This document shows, piece by piece, positions 1-8,510 of a stretch of 32,000 nucleotides of DNA. Made by a program: the position numbers and the translations under genes. Each line of letters starts with the position of its first letter. The stretch's first letter is position 1. This DNA is from Staphylothermus hellenicus DSM 12710 (GTDB lineage Archaea > Thermoproteota > Thermoprotei_A > Sulfolobales > Desulfurococcaceae), in NCBI RefSeq assembly GCF_000092465.1, contig NC_014205.1:1470001-1502000 (forward strand). The letters are read 5' to 3'. Below the pieces are notes generated by a model. The model was not told where the DNA came from. It did not search any database and was given only the letters and a program-made list of their open reading frames with translations.

Positions 1-136
1 GGTATCTAGCAGCATATAATGCTGCTGTTAATCCAGCCGGTCCTCCGCCAACAACGACTACATCATATGTTTTTTCCTCTTTCTTTGAAGGTGTCGGAAT
101 TATACCTGTTAATCTAAATCGAACACTAGCAGTCAT
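1..136 (-). CDS. FAD-dependent pyridine nucleotide-disulfide oxidoreductase (thioredoxin-reductase-like), N-terminal fragment running off the window
   Basis: Not in the ORF track because it is truncated. The reverse complement reads ATG(136-134) [45 protein letters not shown]. This is a GxGxxG Rossmann dinucleotide-binding motif typical of TrxR-type flavoproteins. GGTGA lies 4 nt upstream of the ATG. Confidence 0.55.
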   Translation of the reverse strand, partial: MTASVRFRLTGIIPTPSKKEEKTYDVVVVGGGPAGLTAALYAARY

Positions 137-311
137 AGTCTCACCCACCCATGTTCGCAAACCATTAAATCCCTACGCATCTATTTAGATAACCACGTAT
201 TAAATTAGCGCAAAGAAACTATTTGATTAATAAAGAATATATAATGTCATTTATATAATTGGTGTTTACAAATAGCCCGGGGTTTTTAAATCATTCATTT
301 CTAGCTTTGGA

Positions 312-331
312 AGAGAATAAAAAGATTCTCT
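312..331 (-). terminator. Candidate hairpin / oligo-U element after the pst-phoU operon
   Basis: Perfect 7-bp inverted repeat AGAGAAT(312-318)/ATTCTCT(325-331). On the minus-strand RNA it gives AGAGAAU-CUUUUU-AUUCUCU, starting 5 nt after the phoU stop (339-337). The U5 run fits archaeal oligo-T termination. Confidence 0.25.
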
Positions 332-336
332 TAATT

Positions 337-963
337 CTACATATTTAGGTCTAGTACTTTTTCAGCAATATATGTTGCATGATCACCTATGCGTTCTATA
401 TGTCTTGCTAATATTGTTTTTGCAGCGAAATACTTAGGCACCTTCTCCATTTCTTTAAGCTTCTTTAAATAACTAATATAGAGGTTGTCAAGTTTATTAT
501 CCATATCTAAAACTTTTCTTGCTATATCAATATTGTTTTCTATAAAACTTTGAATAGCTAGTTTAACCATTTCTGTGGCCCATATGAATCCTTCTCTGAG
601 ATCGTGGAATGTTTCATTTGTGAAATTATCAATTATGTTGTCGATTCTACTTATTTCTCCACAGTACCTGCTAATCCTGTATATGTCATAGTATACATTA
701 ATATAAGCTTCAACAAGCTTTAATTCTCTACCTAGCGGTTGAAATCTTGCAATATATATCAATGCTTCAATGAATGCATCGCGTCTAATAATCTCAATGG
801 TATTAATTAATTCCTCAATGTTTTTCCTAGCATCTCTCCTGAAATCTTCGTTGGGCTCGCTGAATAATTTCCCAGTATAATCTAGTATTTTATGGATAAT
901 ATCCTTCATATCGTTGAGTATTTTAACTAATTTATGAAATTCCTTTTCAAGATAAGTATTCAA
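337..963 (-). CDS. phoU: Phosphate transport system regulator PhoU
   Basis: Two PhoU-like helical repeats ending in ARHIERIGDHATYIAEKV. It is the last gene of the pst operon. The ORF-track start at 1044 overlaps pstB by 80 nt. TTG at 963-961, preceded by AAGGAGGGA and 1 nt after the pstB stop (967-965), is the more likely start. Confidence 0.8.
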   Translation of the reverse strand: MNTYLEKEFHKLVKILNDMKDIIHKILDYTGKLFSEPNEDFRRDARKNIEELINTIEIIRRDAFIEALIYIARFQPLGRELKLVEAYINVYYDIYRISRYCGEISRIDNIIDNFTNETFHDLREGFIWATEMVKLAIQSFIENNIDIARKVLDMDNKLDNLYISYLKKLKEMEKVPKYFAAKTILARHIERIGDHATYIAEKVLDLNM

Positions 964-964
964 T

Positions 965-1717
965 TTATATCCCTCCTTTAAGGAATTTCTGGGTAAGTTC
1001 GTTTTGTGGATTGATAAGTATTTGTTTCGATGGTCCTTGCTCAATTATTCTGCCCATGTATAAAAATGCTATATAGTCGGAGATACGTGTGGCTTGATGC
1101 GGTGAATGTGTTACCATTATTATTGTTAACTGGTTTTTAAGCGATATTAATGCCTCCTCTATTTTCCATGTATTAACAGGGTCTATGTTAGCGGTAGGCT
1201 CGTCTAGTAGTAGCAACTTAGGTTTTAAAGCTAATGCTCTTGCAAGACATAGTCTCTGTCTCTGTCCCCCACTAAGTTTTGATGGCAGCTCACGCAGTCT
1301 ATCCTTAACTTCATCCCACAGCATCGCAGTTTTTAATGACCACTCAACTATCTTATCTAATTCCTTCCTATTTTTTGCGACGCCGTTAAGCTTAGCCCCT
1401 AACGCTACATTGTCATATATGCTTAAATGTGGGAAGGGGTTTGGTGTTTGGAAAACCATTCCTATATGTTTACGCAGTATGTATGGGTCCACACTATAAA
1501 TATCCTTGCCGAGAACATAGACCTTGCCTTCAACCTTGGAAAATGGTATGAGATCTATTAATCTATTTATTACTCTTAATAATGTGCTTTTCCCAGAACC
1601 GCTTGGGCCCATGATTGTAAATATCGTGTTTGCCGGGATCTTCAGGTTCACATTATCAAGGATCTTTTTTCCTCTAATAAATACATTAAGCCCATTAATC
1701 TCCACAGCATACCTCAT
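965..1717 (-). CDS. pstB: Phosphate ABC transporter ATP-binding protein PstB
   Basis: Walker A GPSGSGKST, ABC signature LSGGQRQR and Walker B LLLLDEP. The start is taken at MRYAVEINGLNVF (ATG 1717-1715), which forms an ATGA overlap with the pstA stop (1716-1714). Confidence 0.9.
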   Translation of the reverse strand: MRYAVEINGLNVFIRGKKILDNVNLKIPANTIFTIMGPSGSGKSTLLRVINRLIDLIPFSKVEGKVYVLGKDIYSVDPYILRKHIGMVFQTPNPFPHLSIYDNVALGAKLNGVAKNRKELDKIVEWSLKTAMLWDEVKDRLRELPSKLSGGQRQRLCLARALALKPKLLLLDEPTANIDPVNTWKIEEALISLKNQLTIIMVTHSPHQATRISDYIAFLYMGRIIEQGPSKQILINPQNELTQKFLKGGI

Positions 1718-2592
1718 AGTTCCACTCTCTTCACAAATGCTCTTAGAGTTATGAATAATGCAAGGTATATCGACAAAAGCACTAGTGCTGCTCCCCAAGC
1801 AACTCTATGGTATATTTCATATGGTGTTTGAGCAAATTCATATATTAGTAGAGGTATAGCATCTATTGGTTGATCTAATCCTCTAAAATACGTATACTTA
1901 CTACCACCTATAGTGAATAGTAATGGTGCTGTTTCTCCAGACGCCTTAGCTAAACCTATAAGTATGCCTGCTACTATGCCTCTACGTGTAATGCCTACGA
2001 AAACATGTATTAACGCTTTAAACTTGTCTAAGCCTAACCCATATGCTGCTTCACGATACGTCCAGGGAATAGAGGATAAAGCTCTCTCAATATAGGTATA
2101 CATGTATGGTAAGGCAACTATTGCTAAAGCAATAGCACCTGCTAGAGCCGAGAATCTCCCCATAGGTACAACCATTAATGTATATATTAATACACCGATG
2201 AGAATTGTGGGTATTTCTACAAATGACCTAGTTAAGACTCCTACTAACCTACCTATAATACTATCAGGGTATTCTACCGCTAATACTGCGGTAAAGAATG
2301 CTAAAGGCAATCCTACAACTATGGTTATAGCTGCTAATAATAGTGTTCCTACTAGTGAGGGCCCTATACCGCCTATACTGGTTGATAATGGTGATGGGGG
2401 CAAATCATATAGGAAGCCTATTCCAGCCTCCAATAAGGTTTTGCCACCGTTAATTATTATTGAAGCTATAATTAAGAACAGGGGAGCTAATGCTGTAATT
2501 GATAATATGATCACAACATACTTAAACAACTTATCCAATACGGATCTCTTACTAGGATTCTTCAAATTGTTTCCTCCACCTCCCCAGAACAT
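1714..2592 (-). CDS. pstA: Phosphate ABC transporter permease PstA
   Basis: Polytopic membrane protein with the EAA-like permease loop (YREAAYGLGLDKFKAL) in pst operon context. An alternative TTG start at 2565 sits 6 nt after GGAGGTGGAGGA. Confidence 0.85.
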   Translation of the reverse strand: MFWGGGGNNLKNPSKRSVLDKLFKYVVIILSITALAPLFLIIASIIINGGKTLLEAGIGFLYDLPPSPLSTSIGGIGPSLVGTLLLAAITIVVGLPLAFFTAVLAVEYPDSIIGRLVGVLTRSFVEIPTILIGVLIYTLMVVPMGRFSALAGAIALAIVALPYMYTYIERALSSIPWTYREAAYGLGLDKFKALIHVFVGITRRGIVAGILIGLAKASGETAPLLFTIGGSKYTYFRGLDQPIDAIPLLIYEFAQTPYEIYHRVAWGAALVLLSIYLALFITLRAFVKRVEL

Positions 2593-3490
2593 ATAAACCT
2601 ATAGTATTCAATACCACGCCTATGAGCAGTAATATGAGTCCAGCACCGTAGAGAGCATTCATCATGTAATGATAGAATCCCGCATTGCCGAACTGGTTAG
2701 CTATAAGTGATGATATAGTATAGCCTGGCGCGAATAAACATGTTGTTAATGAGAAACTATTACCTATAGTCATTGAAACAGCTATAGTTTCACCTGCAGC
2801 TCTTCCAAACCCTAATAAAACAGCAGCTATTACAGCTGGCTTGATCATTGATAACATTATTTTAACGTATTCATAACTAGTTGTTCCCAGAGATAGTATT
2901 GCTTCTCTATAAGTTAACGGGATACTTTCATAGGCTTCTCTTATAATACTTGTAATAAACGGTGTTATCATTATAGCTAGTATGACTCCTGCGGTGAATA
3001 TTGTTAGGGGCGATAATGGATTGCATGAGAAAAACGGTATAAACCATAAATATTTATGGATCGGCGCCATCACATAGTCGCGTAGTATAGGCGCTAGTAT
3101 TAGGGCCCCCCATAAACCATATATTACAGTTGGTAAGCCAGCCATAACCTCTACTAGGTTTATGAATAAATCTTTCAGATTATATGGTAGGAGCTCATTT
3201 ATGAAGACTGTTAAAGCAATAGATGAGGGGAGAGCAAGTATTAATGCTATTAGCGAAGTATATATTGTTCCAATTATTGGTGATAATATTCCATAGTATT
3301 CTAGAGAAGAATTTGTTTCTGATGGTTTCCAATTATTTGATAAAATAAAATGTATTCCCTCACGTAGAAATATAGGCATAGAATTCTCTGCTAATGTTTT
3401 AAATAATAGTATAAATAAAGCTAATATGATGCCTCCGAAGGGGAGTAATGAGTAAAGGAAAAGCTTATCTTTTCTAGATTTTCCCCTCAT
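2552..3490 (-). CDS. pstC: Phosphate ABC transporter permease PstC
   Basis: Polytopic permease with the loop YREAILSLGTTSYEYV. The start is taken at ATG 3490 (MRGKSRKDKLF), 9 nt after GGTGAT. The ORF-track TTG start at 3517 overlaps the pstS end. Confidence 0.85.
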   Translation of the reverse strand: MRGKSRKDKLFLYSLLPFGGIILALFILLFKTLAENSMPIFLREGIHFILSNNWKPSETNSSLEYYGILSPIIGTIYTSLIALILALPSSIALTVFINELLPYNLKDLFINLVEVMAGLPTVIYGLWGALILAPILRDYVMAPIHKYLWFIPFFSCNPLSPLTIFTAGVILAIMITPFITSIIREAYESIPLTYREAILSLGTTSYEYVKIMLSMIKPAVIAAVLLGFGRAAGETIAVSMTIGNSFSLTTCLFAPGYTISSLIANQFGNAGFYHYMMNALYGAGLILLLIGVVLNTIGLYVLGRWRKQFEES

Positions 3491-3506
3491 ATATACAATA
3501 TCACCC

Positions 3507-4640
3507 TCAGCCTTCAATCATGTTGATAGATTTTAACGCGATATCCTTGATCTCATCTGGCACTGCTACATAGCCCTCAATAACATGTTTTGAGTCCTCA
3601 GTATAGATCCACTCAATAAGTTTCTTTATAGCATCGGCTTTCTCTTTGTTATCATAGTGTTTCCACACGAATATGTGGGAGAAAGCTGTTATTGGATAAG
3701 AATCTTTGCCTGGCGCATATATTATTGCGTCTAGCTCCTTGCTGAAATCCTTGTCTGGGCTGTCCGGTATGAGTCCTGTGTTGAGAGCGTATTTTGCAGC
3801 TGATTGAATAGTTGTTTTGGAAGGTAATACAAATACTCCTTCCCTGTTCATTACTGTTGCTATAGGTAAATTGTTTTTAATAGCATATTGATACTCGATG
3901 TATCCTATAGAATACTTTGTATTAACTATTACTGATGTAACGCCGGGATTACCCTTACCACCAATACCTCTTCCTGTTTTATCTATGGGCCAATCTATTG
4001 TTTTACCTACTAATTCCTCGGGCCATATATCTGGTGCTGATTTATGTAAGAATGTTGTGAATATTTGTGTGGTGCCACTAGCATCTGAGCGGTGAGCTGC
4101 TATTATTTTTTCGTGGGGGAGCTTATCAGCTATTTCTGGATTAATACTTTTTATGTGGGGGTCATCCCAATACTCTATTTCTCCCTTATATATTAAGGCT
4201 AGAACTTCGCCGCTAATGTTTAAATGAGTGTTTCCCGGTATTTCTGGTATATTATATGCTACCACGACTGCTCCAAGTATTGTTGGTAACTGTAATACTT
4301 TGCCCTTGTATTTAAGCCATTTATCATGGCTGAGAGGAGGATCGCTTCCGCAGAAGTCTGTTAAGCCTTTGAAGAATTGTTCTTGTCCAGCACCACTACC
4401 TATGCCCTCATAATCTACTACAATATTGTTTTGTTCATTCATGAATTCCTTGAACCATTCTTCATATAACGGTAGGGGGAACGTTGCTCCAGATCCTCTT
4501 ATGTAGATCCTTGTTGTAGTCTCGGGATTTGAATTAGCATATGTGTTGGAGATGTAAAAGTTATAGATTAGTAGGGATAATATAATCAATGCTAATGTTA
4601 CTGCAGTAATTATTATTGTTTTATTTTTAAGCATTTGCAT
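3507..4640 (-). CDS. pstS: Phosphate-binding protein PstS (membrane-anchored substrate-binding protein)
   Basis: N-terminal TM/signal anchor, then PBP-like motifs (GSGATFPLPLY, GIGSGAGQEQF, RSDASGTT). GGAGGA lies 4 nt upstream of the ATG. It is the first gene of the operon. Confidence 0.85.
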   Translation of the reverse strand: MQMLKNKTIIITAVTLALIILSLLIYNFYISNTYANSNPETTTRIYIRGSGATFPLPLYEEWFKEFMNEQNNIVVDYEGIGSGAGQEQFFKGLTDFCGSDPPLSHDKWLKYKGKVLQLPTILGAVVVAYNIPEIPGNTHLNISGEVLALIYKGEIEYWDDPHIKSINPEIADKLPHEKIIAAHRSDASGTTQIFTTFLHKSAPDIWPEELVGKTIDWPIDKTGRGIGGKGNPGVTSVIVNTKYSIGYIEYQYAIKNNLPIATVMNREGVFVLPSKTTIQSAAKYALNTGLIPDSPDKDFSKELDAIIYAPGKDSYPITAFSHIFVWKHYDNKEKADAIKKLIEWIYTEDSKHVIEGYVAVPDEIKDIALKSINMIEG

Positions 4641-4810
4641 AATTCCTCCATATCATCTTCTAATTGTATCTACTGCTACATAGATTATATAAATCTTATT
4701 TATATAGTATATATTGAATATAGTGTTATTGATAAGGTATATATTTATATATACGAGCTGATATATTGTATAGGGAGAAGAGATAGCAAAGTATACTAGG
4801 GGATTGCATT
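4641..4810. promoter_or_regulatory. Divergent promoter/operator region between pstS and the AbrB-PhoU regulator
   Basis: 170-bp AT-rich spacer. It holds TATA-like boxes for both directions (GATTATATAAAT 4684-4695 serving the minus strand; ATATATTG 4761-4768 serving the plus strand). It also holds a direct repeat ATATATTG..TATAG at 4709-4723 and 4761-4773. Confidence 0.4.
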
Positions 4811-5821
4811 ATGAATGATATGATTAGGAGGGTCCAGATAACAGGTGGATCAACATTCATAGTATCTCTACCTAAGGAGTGGGTAAAAAACGTAGGATTA
4901 ACTCCTGGTTCAGAAGTTCTAATAGATATTCTCCCAGATTATAGCCTCAGAATTGCTCCATTACATAGAAGATCTAGGAGGGATATTAGGGTTAAGGAGA
5001 TTGAAGTGTCCCAGGACAATGTTGATACTGCTATAATAGAGATTCTATCAGCTTATCTCGCTGGTTACGGTATAATAAAGATTAGATATAAAGACATAAG
5101 CTATGACACTTTAGCTAGGATAATAGATAAAGTTAGAAGTAAGGCGATAGGGCTCGAGATACTTGATGAAAAATCCAATGAGTTAACATTATATTCTATA
5201 GTGGATACCTCATTACTCACCATAACTGAAGCATTAGAGAAAATGGCGAATACTACTAGATCAATGTTGGAAGACGTGGAAAGAATACTGAAACGGTATG
5301 ATGAAAAGATTCTTAAAAGCATTATTGAGAGAGACGATGTTGTAGACAAGCTTTTCCTATTAATCACGAGGCAACTAAACCAGTTATTACTAGGTGAACT
5401 AAGTCCTTCTAATATAGGCCTAGTAGCTTTGCCAGAGGCATTATATATGATCATATCAGTTAAAAGTATTGAAAGAATAGCAGACCATGCTGTTCAAATT
5501 TCTAAAAATATTTTAAAGAATAATGGAAGATTTCTTCTGCCTGATCAAATAATAGAGCTATTCAGCAAAACAAAGGACCTCTATATAGATACTATTAAGG
5601 GACTTAAGAGTTTGAATAAAAAATATGCAAATAAAGTTGTAACGTTGTCCAAAGAATTAGAGAAGCTTGAAGAAAAAATTAGGCAGAACCTTATTAATCC
5701 TTTGGGATTCCCCGAAGCTTATTTAGTGCTTGACAACATAAGGAGAATCAAGGCTTATAGTCTCGATATAGCTGAATCAGTAATTAATATAATAACAATA
5801 AGAGAATATGCACATACCTAA
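4811..5821 (+). CDS. AbrB/SpoVT-domain + PhoU-domain putative phosphate-responsive transcription regulator
   Basis: The N-terminus VQITGGSTFIVSLPKEWVKNVGLTPGSEV looks like an AbrB/SpoVT swapped-hairpin DNA-binding domain. The rest has PhoU-like repeats (SIERIADHAVQISKNI; RRIKAYSLDIAESV). It is divergent from the pst operon. Confidence 0.7.
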   Translation: MNDMIRRVQITGGSTFIVSLPKEWVKNVGLTPGSEVLIDILPDYSLRIAPLHRRSRRDIRVKEIEVSQDNVDTAIIEILSAYLAGYGIIKIRYKDISYDTLARIIDKVRSKAIGLEILDEKSNELTLYSIVDTSLLTITEALEKMANTTRSMLEDVERILKRYDEKILKSIIERDDVVDKLFLLITRQLNQLLLGELSPSNIGLVALPEALYMIISVKSIERIADHAVQISKNILKNNGRFLLPDQIIELFSKTKDLYIDTIKGLKSLNKKYANKVVTLSKELEKLEEKIRQNLINPLGFPEAYLVLDNIRRIKAYSLDIAESVINIITIREYAHT

Positions 5822-6156
5822 AATCATAAACATACTTATATCTAATTCCTAGTTCTTCTAAACAAGAACATTAATAAGGATCATATTTATTTCTGGATTA
5901 TTTTTATTTGAATACTTTCCCTGGAGATTTTAATCTTTTTATATTTAGGATCATGGATGAACCTTTCCGCGATCTAATTAAGCTCTAATAGACTTCTCAG
6001 ATGCAGGGATAAATAATTGATCCGGGAAGACACCGGTGCAAGTATACAAAAACACCTGATACTTAAACGATGCTATAGCATAAATAATGGGATTGAGAAG
6101 AAATAATAAAGATAATAAAAAATATTTAGATGAATTAGGGATTCTAGGGTGGTATA

Positions 6157-7116
6157 ATGGAATATGTTGAAATAAGAAATACTGGGATCAAGATTTCTAG
6201 GATCGGGCTTGGTACATGGCAGTTTAGTGAGGCATGGGGTGTTACAAATTATGAAGACGCTAAAAAGATTGTTGGAAAAGCGTTAGAGATGGGAATAAAT
6301 TTCTTCGATACTGCAATGGTTTATGGTAATGGTATGAGTGAAGAATTCCTTGGAAGAGCTCTTAGAGAACTTGGTGTTAAGAGAGAGGAAGTATTTATTG
6401 CCACTAAAATACCCGGTGATTTCCTAGCACCCGAGGACGTATTTAGATCAGTTGATAAATCCTTGAAGCGTCTTGGAACAGAATATATTGATCTATTACA
6501 GCTTCACTGGCCACCGTGCTGGCACAATCACCCAACATGTCCTTATATGAGAGCTTTAGAGAAACTAGTTGATTTAGGCAAGGTTAGGTTTCTAGGTGTA
6601 AGCAATTATCCAGTTAAATTATTAGAAGAAGTTAGGAGTTGTTTGTCGAAAATAGATATTGTTAGTATGCAATATAGATATAATTTGATTGAGAGGCAAG
6701 CGGAAATAGAGCTAATACCTTATGCAGAGAAGAATAACATGGTATTTATTCCTTGGAGCCCATTATCTAAAGGAGCATTAACGGGAAAATACAGTCTTGA
6801 TAACTTGCCGGAATTTCAGGATGTGAGACATAGGGATCCAGTCTTTCATCCAGAGAACTTTAAGAAAATACAGCCTTTAATAGATGCTTTAAAACAATTA
6901 TCTCAGAAATACAATAAAACACCTGCTCAAATATCATTGAACTGGATGATAATGTATAGTAAAAACATTGTACCAATACCTGGAGCTAAGAAGCCTGAAC
7001 ATGTAGTAGATAATGCTAATAGTGTTGGATGGAGACTTAGCTATGAAGATTGGAGATTATTAGATGAGATAAGTAAAGGTATTAGAATAAGTTATGCTGC
7101 ATGGTATCTCTACTGA
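6157..7116 (+). CDS. Aldo/keto reductase family oxidoreductase
   Basis: AKR landmarks: LGTWQF, FFDTAMVYGNG, YIDLLQLHWP, GVSNY, IPGAKKPEHVVDN. SD-like GGGTGGT precedes the ATG. Confidence 0.85.
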   Translation: MEYVEIRNTGIKISRIGLGTWQFSEAWGVTNYEDAKKIVGKALEMGINFFDTAMVYGNGMSEEFLGRALRELGVKREEVFIATKIPGDFLAPEDVFRSVDKSLKRLGTEYIDLLQLHWPPCWHNHPTCPYMRALEKLVDLGKVRFLGVSNYPVKLLEEVRSCLSKIDIVSMQYRYNLIERQAEIELIPYAEKNNMVFIPWSPLSKGALTGKYSLDNLPEFQDVRHRDPVFHPENFKKIQPLIDALKQLSQKYNKTPAQISLNWMIMYSKNIVPIPGAKKPEHVVDNANSVGWRLSYEDWRLLDEISKGIRISYAAWYLY

Positions 7117-7534
7117 GAAGATACAAGGTAATAGCAGTCAAGCCTACTGGAGGCAATGAGGGATCAGCATCTCTTACTTTAACAATATTAATATTTAACA
7201 ATTCTTTTTTACTTGGCTCCCGGTCTCCACCATTTATAACTATTGCTATATCGCTTTTTTTCAGATTATGAATTTCTATCTCTTCCCCTCTTTTATCCAG
7301 GTAATATACTTTATTAATACCTAAAACCTCTATTATATCGGTGATTTCTGGAAGTATTATCAAAGATTTCTTCTCTCTATACGCTATCTTATATGCTTCA
7401 GGAACACCTATTTGAGCAGCTGCACCAATCGGTTTAATTATTATTGGTTGATAATCCTCGAATAGAAAAACTGTTTTAACAAAGTCTATTACTCTCTGCA
7501 CACTTGATGGAGCATATAATGCTATGAATCTCAT
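7082..7534 (-). CDS. Conserved-looking hypothetical protein, possibly SPOUT-fold (COG4080/DUF2122-like, historically labelled RecB-family nuclease)
   Basis: 150-aa ORF whose ATG lies 2 nt after the methyltransferase stop. Alternating beta/alpha pattern and a C-terminal LPPVGLTAITLYLL segment recall SPOUT knot motifs. The family assignment is from memory only. Its 3' end overlaps the convergent AKR gene by 35 nt. Confidence 0.45.
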   Translation of the reverse strand: MRFIALYAPSSVQRVIDFVKTVFLFEDYQPIIIKPIGAAAQIGVPEAYKIAYREKKSLIILPEITDIIEVLGINKVYYLDKRGEEIEIHNLKKSDIAIVINGGDREPSKKELLNINIVKVRDADPSLPPVGLTAITLYLLSRDTMQHNLF

Positions 7535-7536
7535 TT

Positions 7537-8508
7537 TTATATATCACCTCTATCAAGTTTTTCAACAATATACTCAGCTATAGCTTTTGCTAGGGGAACC
7601 GGTACTGCTTCACCAACTAAATTATATTGTTCATCCCGTCCCCCAACAAATACAAAGGTATCCGGGAAACCCATTAGGCGAGCTTGCTCCCTAACAGTTA
7701 TTAATCTATTTTCGTAGGGGTGAATAAATCGAGAACTGCCAAGAACTGTGGGCGCTATCTTGTTCGGGTTTAAACGTATAAGATTTGGTAATCTCCTACG
7801 TGCCCCCTCATAATATATCATTGCCTCACCCCATTTAAGCCTAGAGATCCTTTTAAGCTTTCTTAGCGGTAGGGGGGAGGGATTGTGATTTGGTGGATAA
7901 TCTGTACCAGGTTCAGGGAGATCTCTGAAAGCTTCTCCTACAGTGATCCTATGTTTTTGTTTCTTGGGCTTAATAGGTATGTTAGAAATGAAAACTCTTA
8001 ATCTATGACTGGGGGTTCCATAGTTTTCTGCTCTTAATACGTTAAAATAGATCCTATAACCTATCTTTTCAAATTCCTTTCTCAGAACATATTCTAATCC
8101 ATCATCCATTATTGCCGGGACATTTTCCATCACAAATACTCTTGGCTTAAGAAACCCAACTATCCTAATATAATGGAGAGTTAGCTGCCCAGCCGGGTCC
8201 TTGTATAATCTATCTATAGGGTTTTTCTCACGCTTAGGATTGGCTCCAGTAAAGGGTTCGCAGGGAGGACTACCTATGACAACATCTATTTCTTCGGGAT
8301 CAACTATTTCTATTAGGTCATCGTTTCTTATCCGCTTAATATCCTCCATTACAACAATCGAGTCTGGAAAATTGATTTTATATGTTTGTGCAGCCGGTCT
8401 AAAATTATCTATTCCGAGAATTGATCTAAACCTATTTGTTAAGATAAATCCTTCAGCGAAACCTCCTGCACCGCAGAATAGATCAATAAATTTATAAGTG
8501 TTTTTCAA
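7537..8508 (-). CDS. Cytosine-C5 methyltransferase-fold enzyme (Dcm/Dnmt family)
   Basis: Motif I FIDLFCGAGGFAEGF; motif IV GSPPCEPFT; motif VI VMENVPAI; motif VIII PSHRLRVF; motif IX RLITVREQARLMGFPDTF; motif X GEAVPVPLA. TTG start at 8508, 2 nt after the tfe stop. Confidence 0.85.
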   Translation of the reverse strand: MKNTYKFIDLFCGAGGFAEGFILTNRFRSILGIDNFRPAAQTYKINFPDSIVVMEDIKRIRNDDLIEIVDPEEIDVVIGSPPCEPFTGANPKREKNPIDRLYKDPAGQLTLHYIRIVGFLKPRVFVMENVPAIMDDGLEYVLRKEFEKIGYRIYFNVLRAENYGTPSHRLRVFISNIPIKPKKQKHRITVGEAFRDLPEPGTDYPPNHNPSPLPLRKLKRISRLKWGEAMIYYEGARRRLPNLIRLNPNKIAPTVLGSSRFIHPYENRLITVREQARLMGFPDTFVFVGGRDEQYNLVGEAVPVPLAKAIAEYIVEKLDRGDI

Positions 8509-8510
8509 TA

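Noticed and set aside
1185-2596. Plus-strand ORFs (104, 76, 60 and 164 aa) across pstB/pstA
   Set aside because: All lie antisense within ABC transporter genes that have clear motifs. Their sequences are low-complexity, and there are no SD or start signals.
5822-6156. Long (335 bp) spacer searched for an sRNA or small ORF; GGATGA at about 5953 and CTGA at about 6056
   Set aside because: The box-like strings are about 100 nt apart and imperfect, and the region is not GC-enriched. Only a 6-bp hairpin (GTTCTT-n6-AAGAAC, roughly 5854-5871, about 30 nt after the regulator stop) is visible. That is insufficient for a call.
7082-8508. Calling the C5 MTase + 150-aa ORF a Type II restriction-modification system
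   Set aside because: I could not identify a PD-(D/E)xK, HNH or GIY-YIG motif in the 150-aa protein, and it may be SPOUT-fold. It is kept as a hypothesis in the findings, not as a feature call.
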